A stretch of 64,000 nt of DNA, from assembly GCA_965661285.1 (NCBI GenBank), contig CBFIDD010000003.1:121467-185466 (forward strand). Direction: 5' to 3'. The notes below the pieces were generated by a model. That model ran no database searches. It saw only the letters and a list, made by a program, of their open reading frames with translations, and was not told where the DNA came from. This stretch comes from Poseidonia sp. (GTDB lineage: Archaea > Thermoplasmatota > Poseidoniia > Poseidoniales > Poseidoniaceae). A program made the translations under genes and the position numbers. Shown piece after piece: positions 59,224 to 64,000 of the stretch (its first letter is position 1; the number at the start of each line of letters is the position of its first letter).

Positions 59224-60390
59224 TCACTCTACGTCGCTCGGCACTGCGGCCGCCCAACCCATGATGCCGCCGTCAAGGTTGTACAGGTGGTCGGCCTTCC
59301 AACCCGCTTGAATCAAGGTCATGGCCGCCAGTTGAGAGCGCATGCCGCTCTTGCAATGGATGAGAATATCGGTTTTTTTGGGAAGCCGCTCAAGAACGGA
59401 CAACACGTCGGTGTGGGGCACGTGGACGTCACAGCTCTTGGCGCGTAACTCTGCATATTCTGCATCCGAACGAACATCAAGGATGAACGGCGCCCAACCG
59501 TTTTCTCGCCGGTCAAGGAAATCTGCAACGGAGACATGGTGAAACATTACTTCGGCTGAGGGGGCCTCGGATTTTTGTTCTTGCGGCGCTCTTTCGACGG
59601 CTGTAGAGACCGTGCACCATGCTTCTTCGCTCAACATGGCGGCTGCGTTGGAGAGGTCAACCACCGGCTCCCGGTCATTATCGGCGCTGAAATTGAGCGT
59701 GTCGAAGGCCATGGATTGTGCGTCATACAGCAGCAGTTTTCCGCTAAGGGAGACCGGCATATCGGTCAGGAGTTTGATGGCCTCGGTGGCCTGGAGCAGA
59801 CCGATCACACCGGGAAGCACACCGAACACACCCGCCTCGGCGCAGGTCGGGACGGCTTCGGGTGGCGGAGGGTCGGGGAACAAATCTCGATAACACGGAC
59901 CGCCGTTGTGGTTGAACAGCGAGACTTGGCCCTCGAAGCGAAACACGGAACCGTAGACCCACGGAAGACCGAGCAAAGAGCACGCATCGTCGATGAGGTA
60001 GCGGGTGGGAAGGTTATCGGTGCCGTCGATAACGAGGTCCCAACCCTCCATGATGTCCATGGCGTTGTTGGGATTGAGACGCTCGTGGAACACCTCAACG
60101 CTCACGTTCGGGTCCAGAGCGTGGAGGCGCGCCTTCGCAGAAGCCACCTTGGGTTGACCGACATCGGGCGTGGCGTGCAAGATTTGACGCTGAAGATTGC
60201 TCACATCAACGGTGTCGTTGTCCACCAACCCCAAACGACCGACCCCTGCGGCGGCCAGATACAACGCTGCGGGGGAGCCCAGTCCACCCGCCCCGATGAT
60301 CAGGACACTCGCTTGATTCAACTTCCGCTGGCCTTCAACCCCAACATTGGGCAGGCTGATATGACGAGCATGCCGTGTGACATCAACCAT
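59224..60390 (-). CDS. moeB: MoeB/UbaA E1-like adenylyltransferase fused to a rhodanese domain
   Basis: IGAGGLGSP, SNLQRQILH, DGTDN, PCYRDL...TCAEAGVFG; C-terminal LDVR...HCKSGMRS...LDGGI. Confidence 0.92.
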   Translation of the reverse strand: MVDVTRHARHISLPNVGVEGQRKLNQASVLIIGAGGLGSPAALYLAAAGVGRLGLVDNDTVDVSNLQRQILHATPDVGQPKVASAKARLHALDPNVSVEVFHERLNPNNAMDIMEGWDLVIDGTDNLPTRYLIDDACSLLGLPWVYGSVFRFEGQVSLFNHNGGPCYRDLFPDPPPPEAVPTCAEAGVFGVLPGVIGLLQATEAIKLLTDMPVSLSGKLLLYDAQSMAFDTLNFSADNDREPVVDLSNAAAMLSEEAWCTVSTAVERAPQEQKSEAPSAEVMFHHVSVADFLDRRENGWAPFILDVRSDAEYAELRAKSCDVHVPHTDVLSVLERLPKKTDILIHCKSGMRSQLAAMTLIQAGWKADHLYNLDGGIMGWAAAVPSDVE

Positions 60391-60429
60391 GCACCGGCCA
60401 AACCGCCGGTCCTCATCAAGGAAACGGCT

Positions 60430-61359
60430 TCAATGGACGTTCTCTTCAAGCCACTTTTCAACGTCCATGGCCGCAGAACACCCCATCCCAGCGGCGGTGA
60501 TGGCCTGCTTGTAGCGCGTGTCAACCACGTCGCCCGCTGCAAAGACACCGGGAACCGAGGTCATCGTGTGCTCTTTGTGAAGGATGTAGCCGTTCTCATC
60601 GGTCTCCACCTGACCCCCGAGGAAATCGGTGATGGGTGTGTGTCCGATGGCGATGAAGGCACCGGTGGCTTCGATGGTTTCGGTGCTGCCGTCTTGCGTG
60701 TTTTCGAGCACGGCGCCGGTCAGGCCTTTGTCGTCGGACAGCCATTCCTTAATTTGGCGGAAGGTGCGAATCTCAATTTTCGGGTTGTTGGCCGCTCGCT
60801 CGTACATGATGGTCGAGGCTTTGAACACATCACGGCGGTGGATGAGCGTGACCTTGCTTGCAAATCGGGTCAGGAAGGTCGCTTCCTCACAAGCGGAATC
60901 ACCGCCGCCGATGACCAGCACGTGTTCGTTGCGGAAGAACGCCCCGTCGCAGGTCGCACAGGTGGAAATGCCTCGTCCCTTTTGCTCGGCCTCACCGGGC
61001 GCATCAAGCCACAACGATTCAGCACCGGTGCAGACGATGATGGAATGCGCGCGGAAGGTCTCGCCTTCGACCGTAACCTTGTACGGTCGCTCGCTGAGGT
61101 CCACTTCGTCGACGTTTTTGTCCTCAACATCCAAACCAAAGCGCTCGGCTTGTTCGCGGAGTTGCATCATCATCTCGGGCCCGGCAATGCCTTCGGGGTA
61201 GCCGGGGAAATTTTCGATGTCGCTGGTGAGCATCAACTGGCCTCCCGACATGTAGCCGGCGAACATGAGCGGGTTGAGCATGGCTCGTCCAGCGTAGAGT
61301 CCAGCGGTGTAGCCTGCAGGTCCGGAACCGATGATGATGACGTTTCGTACTTCGGACAT
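60430..61359 (-). CDS. trxB: Thioredoxin reductase
   Basis: IIGSGPAG, GGQL, ENFPG, CATCDG, GGGDSA and AAGDV...QAITAAG. Confidence 0.96.
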   Translation of the reverse strand: MSEVRNVIIIGSGPAGYTAGLYAGRAMLNPLMFAGYMSGGQLMLTSDIENFPGYPEGIAGPEMMMQLREQAERFGLDVEDKNVDEVDLSERPYKVTVEGETFRAHSIIVCTGAESLWLDAPGEAEQKGRGISTCATCDGAFFRNEHVLVIGGGDSACEEATFLTRFASKVTLIHRRDVFKASTIMYERAANNPKIEIRTFRQIKEWLSDDKGLTGAVLENTQDGSTETIEATGAFIAIGHTPITDFLGGQVETDENGYILHKEHTMTSVPGVFAAGDVVDTRYKQAITAAGMGCSAAMDVEKWLEENVH

Positions 61360-61462
61360 GTGACTCTCCAAGCATCGGTGAAGAGCGGTGGTGTTTGAAG
61401 ATTCGCCCGAAAGCCCCTTGGAGAGCAAAAAGGTAGAGATACCCTGCGAGGATGCCCCCGTT

Positions 61463-61660
61463 ATGGTCAATCAACTCGCTGCGGCTGCCGGCATGGGCGT
61501 TTACGTGCCTCTGGTGCTCTGAGCCACCAAACTCCCGTACACGATGATGGTCAACCGCGGCATGGCGCACATTCGAGCCGTCGACGACAACCGAAAAATC
61601 GTCCACATGTTCGCCGGCGGTGTAGGCTCACTCGGCGTGCCCTTCGGTCCGCTCCTCTAG
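61463..61660 (+). pseudogene. Truncated, degenerate remnant of a dolichol/phytol kinase-like (CTP_transf) membrane protein gene
   Basis: Not in the ORF track. Reads MVNQLAAAAGMGVYVPLVL*ATKLPYTMMVNRGMAHIRAVDDNRKIVHMFAGGVGSLGVPFGPLL*, with an in-frame TGA at 61520 and the RKxxH motif of this family. Confidence 0.55.
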
Positions 61661-61676
61661 CGGGAGCCCGAAGGCG
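61638..61676. terminator. Imperfect GC-rich hairpin between convergent units
   Basis: CTTCGG..CCGCT-cctct-AGCGG..CCGAAG pairing just beyond the stop of the minus-strand gene at 61678; no poly-U tract. Confidence 0.3.
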
Positions 61677-61677
61677 T

Positions 61678-62022
61678 TCACTGGCCGATGAGCTTGTAGT
61701 CGTCGCTGAGCGGCGTTGCACCGGTCTCGACATGGACGATCTTGCCGTCTTGGTAGCGGTAGAAGGCCAGCACGGCCTCAGAGTCCGAGCCGTTGGCAAA
61801 GTGTGCGATGGAGTGGGCGACGCCAACTTCATCGTTCTCGAACAAGATGCGGTGGGCTTCGCTGCGAACCATATCGGTGCCTGCGAAGGCCATGATGTCG
61901 CTCTTGGTCATGACGGCCCCGCCGACGTGGGGGTAAAACTTGCAGTCGTCGTGAATGACAGCGTCAAGCAATTCTTTGTCTCCGGATGTAAAGGCTTCTT
62001 CGTATTTGGCTAGGATGCTCAT
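61678..62022 (-). CDS. SnoaL/NTF2-like family protein
   Basis: 114 aa; Y.EAF..GD...L..VIHDD start, R.LFEND and YQDGKIVHVETGAT end, typical of small NTF2-fold proteins. Confidence 0.8.
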   Translation of the reverse strand: MSILAKYEEAFTSGDKELLDAVIHDDCKFYPHVGGAVMTKSDIMAFAGTDMVRSEAHRILFENDEVGVAHSIAHFANGSDSEAVLAFYRYQDGKIVHVETGATPLSDDYKLIGQ

Positions 62023-62123
62023 GGTTCGTGGCTAGGCCGGAACCACATAATGACTTCCTCTGTTGTCTATGGAGAACGGAGGTGAAGGGAAACCTTTGAA
62101 TCCCGTTTCCCAAAGTTGATTTC

Positions 62124-63116
62124 ATGAGGGTGCACTGCCTTGGTGGCGGCTTGGTCGGCTCTTTTGTGACCCGAAAACTGTACGAAGCAGGGTTTGAGGT
62201 CCACCTGTTCGACATTGAACCGCGCGAAACACCCGCCACCTTCCATTTGGGTGATGCTGCATCCGCCGACCACAGCGGTGCGGACATCATCGTCAACATG
62301 GTCCCCGGCGACATTGGCCACGCCGTCTTGCAAGCCCTCCAACCTCACGGCCATCGCATCGTTGACCTTTCGTTCAGCGAAACCACCCCCGACCGCCTGC
62401 CCGAAGGGGCCAGCACCGTCCTGTGGGACGTTGGCATCGCTCCTGGGCTCTCCAACATGCTCGTCGCGTTGGCTCATCGAGAACTCGGCGCCCTCGACAG
62501 CGTGAGCATCAAGGTGGGCGGCAACCCTTCCCGTCCCGACGATGCCTGGTCGTACATGGCACCCTTTTCACCGCACGACGTCATCGCCGAGTACACGCGC
62601 CCCGTACGGGTTGTTCGAGACGGCACCGTCGTCACCCTGCCCGCCATGTCAGAACTTCACAGCATCGATGCCAACGGCAGAGCCATGGAAGCCTTCCTGA
62701 CCGACGGGTTGCGCTCGCTCATCAATGTGCCAGCCAGCACCATGGGTGAATACACCGTCCGTTGGCCCGGACACATCCAACGCTACCAATCCACCGACCT
62801 CGGACCCGAAAATCTTGTCGAAGCCTGGCGTTTTGACCCCACGCGCCCCGAGTTTACCTGGATGGAGGTGCGGGTTGAAGGCGGCGGCAAGACCCGTGTC
62901 TGGACGGTAGAGGATAACGGAAAGGACGGGGATTCGAGCATGGCAAGGACGACGGGCCTGGTGACCTATGCCTGCGTGGTCGCTTGGAGCCAGCACGAAC
63001 TGTTCACAGAGGGCATCCATCCTCCCGAGGACCTCCCCTCTGAGGTCATTCACGACGTGATTCAAACGCTTGAGGACGAAGGCGTACGTATCGAGCATCA
63101 AACGGGGCATGAGTGA
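62124..63116 (+). CDS. Saccharopine dehydrogenase / lysine 6-dehydrogenase family oxidoreductase
   Basis: LGGGLVG, VDLSF, DVGIAPGLSN, FSP.D.I.EYTRP, EAFLTDGLRSL, EYTVRWPGH and SSMARTTG. Confidence 0.88.
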   Translation: MRVHCLGGGLVGSFVTRKLYEAGFEVHLFDIEPRETPATFHLGDAASADHSGADIIVNMVPGDIGHAVLQALQPHGHRIVDLSFSETTPDRLPEGASTVLWDVGIAPGLSNMLVALAHRELGALDSVSIKVGGNPSRPDDAWSYMAPFSPHDVIAEYTRPVRVVRDGTVVTLPAMSELHSIDANGRAMEAFLTDGLRSLINVPASTMGEYTVRWPGHIQRYQSTDLGPENLVEAWRFDPTRPEFTWMEVRVEGGGKTRVWTVEDNGKDGDSSMARTTGLVTYACVVAWSQHELFTEGIHPPEDLPSEVIHDVIQTLEDEGVRIEHQTGHE

Positions 63117-63178
63117 AGGTCGGCGAGGGATGATTTAGAAGCGGGAACAAATAAGAACTAAACCATTAACCCCGGCCC

Positions 63179-63721
63179 ATGAAGGGCATTGTTTTCCGAG
63201 AGTTCATGGAGATGGTTGAGTCCACGTTTGGCGATGAAATGACGGAAAAATTGGTTCAAGACAACGACCTGGTAAGCGGCGGAGTCTACACCGCCGTTGG
63301 GACGTACGACCACCAAGAACTCGTGGCGATGGCCATCACACTCTCAAAAGAGACCGACTTACCCGTGGAGGCTCTTGTCGAGGCGTTTGGAAACTATTTG
63401 TTCGGGCGTTTCTTGGAGTTGTTCCCTGTGTTCTTTGATCACAAAACCTCATTTGAATTCCTCGACACCATCCATGATGTGGTTCACGTTGAAGTTTTGA
63501 AGCTTTACCCCGAAGCAACCCTTCCCGATTTCGTCAGTGAAATCAAAGACGACGGAAGAACCCTGCACTTTGAGTATCACAGCCCGAGGCATTTCGCCGA
63601 TTTAGCAGTTGGACTGATGAAAGGCGCGTTTGACCACTGGAACGAAACGGTGGAGATGACACGGGAAGACAAGGTCGTTGATGGAAATCAAGTCACCTTG
63701 TTCATCTGCACGTTGGTCTGA
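63179..63721 (+). CDS. Stand-alone H-NOX (HNOB) heme NO/O2-binding protein
   Basis: MKGIVF start, GVYTAVGTYDHQEL, FG..LF, proximal His in DVVHVEVLKLYP, conserved LP.F Pro and YxSxR (YHSPR); 180 aa. Confidence 0.93.
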   Translation: MKGIVFREFMEMVESTFGDEMTEKLVQDNDLVSGGVYTAVGTYDHQELVAMAITLSKETDLPVEALVEAFGNYLFGRFLELFPVFFDHKTSFEFLDTIHDVVHVEVLKLYPEATLPDFVSEIKDDGRTLHFEYHSPRHFADLAVGLMKGAFDHWNETVEMTREDKVVDGNQVTLFICTLV

Positions 63722-63736
63722 TGACGAGGACTCGCG

Positions 63737-64000
63737 ATGGATTTCAAAGAACTGGCAAAAATCGCCGCTGCAAGAAAAAAAGCATCAACCTCTACGCCCG
63801 AAGAGGAGATTCAACGCCTCAAGAAGACCGTTGAGCGGGAAAAAGCAGCACGGCGACAAGCTGAGGAAACCATTGAGGAGAGTTCGCGCCGTTTGTACCT
63901 GGCCAACCAAGAAGCCGCTGCATTGAACAAGGAACTGGAATCAACCCTTCAAGACCTCAACGAGACACTGGGGGCCCTCACCAGTGCGAAAGCAAAACGA
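63737..64000 (+). CDS. H-NOX-associated partner protein, N-terminal part (truncated by the window edge)
   Basis: Not in the ORF track. ATG at 63737 after GAGGA, open to the window end: MDFKELAK...RLKKTVEREKAARRQAEETIEESSRRLYLANQE..., followed by a coiled coil. Confidence 0.8.
   Translation, partial: MDFKELAKIAAARKKASTSTPEEEIQRLKKTVEREKAARRQAEETIEESSRRLYLANQEAAALNKELESTLQDLNETLGALTSAKAKR

Noticed and set aside
59575-61398. 607-aa plus-strand ORF
   Set aside because: Antisense to moeB and trxB; V/D/G/H-rich composition typical of reverse-frame reading.
61364-61425. 9-bp inverted repeat CTCTCCAAG...CTTGGAGAG overlapping the trxB SD region
   Set aside because: Several such 9-bp matches are expected by chance in 64 kb, and there is no evidence the transcript includes both arms.
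61463-61676. Selenocysteine recoding (in-frame UGA plus downstream hairpin)
   Set aside because: The UGA sits in a hydrophobic helix where Trp fits better, there is no redox motif, the hairpin lacks a clear archaeal SECIS GAA/A bulge, and no Sec machinery is visible.
63678-63926. 82-aa ORF in the track overlapping the H-NOX end
   Set aside because: Wrong frame; the frame starting at ATG 63737 has an SD and a recognisable H-NOX-partner helix.

Overview
An archaeal chromosomal segment, densely coding and of roughly mid-to-high GC. The A-type ATP synthase operon, Rpo6, PurP, archaeal aro genes and GGAGGTGA Shine-Dalgarno sites, mixed with many bacterial-type genes and secreted acidic proteins, suggest Marine Group II Euryarchaeota (Poseidoniales); this assignment is an inference. 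Contents from left to right: complete atpHIKECFABD operon (minus strand); a methyltransferase, three KaiC/RecA-fold genes and a pilin-like lamin-tail protein directly upstream of it; a large surface protein; tRNA-Ser(GCT); heme O/A synthases; rpoK, kynA and purP; a duplicated DUF2135-like membrane protein; an HTH-10 regulator plus an archaeal shikimate operon with aspartate kinase; a MoxR/DUF58/DUF4350 operon; an hcrCAB-like molybdo-flavo-FeS enzyme with nearby XdhC/MocA/MoeB; an S8 protease; a giant membrane protein; bacterial-type oligoribonuclease; acyl-CoA dehydrogenase; a Ca/Na antiporter; an aquaporin; a fused E1 alpha/beta dehydrogenase; an MFS transporter; trxB; a pseudogene remnant; and, at the right edge, an H-NOX gene with its truncated partner. 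The most interesting items are the archaeal H-NOX gas-sensing locus, the active-plus-inactive KaiC cassette next to the ATP synthase, the HcrCAB-like enzyme in an aerobe, and a receiver-domain gene whose only plausible start codon is ACG. No rRNA, CRISPR array or mobile element was seen. All calls come from motif recognition by eye; no database searches were run.
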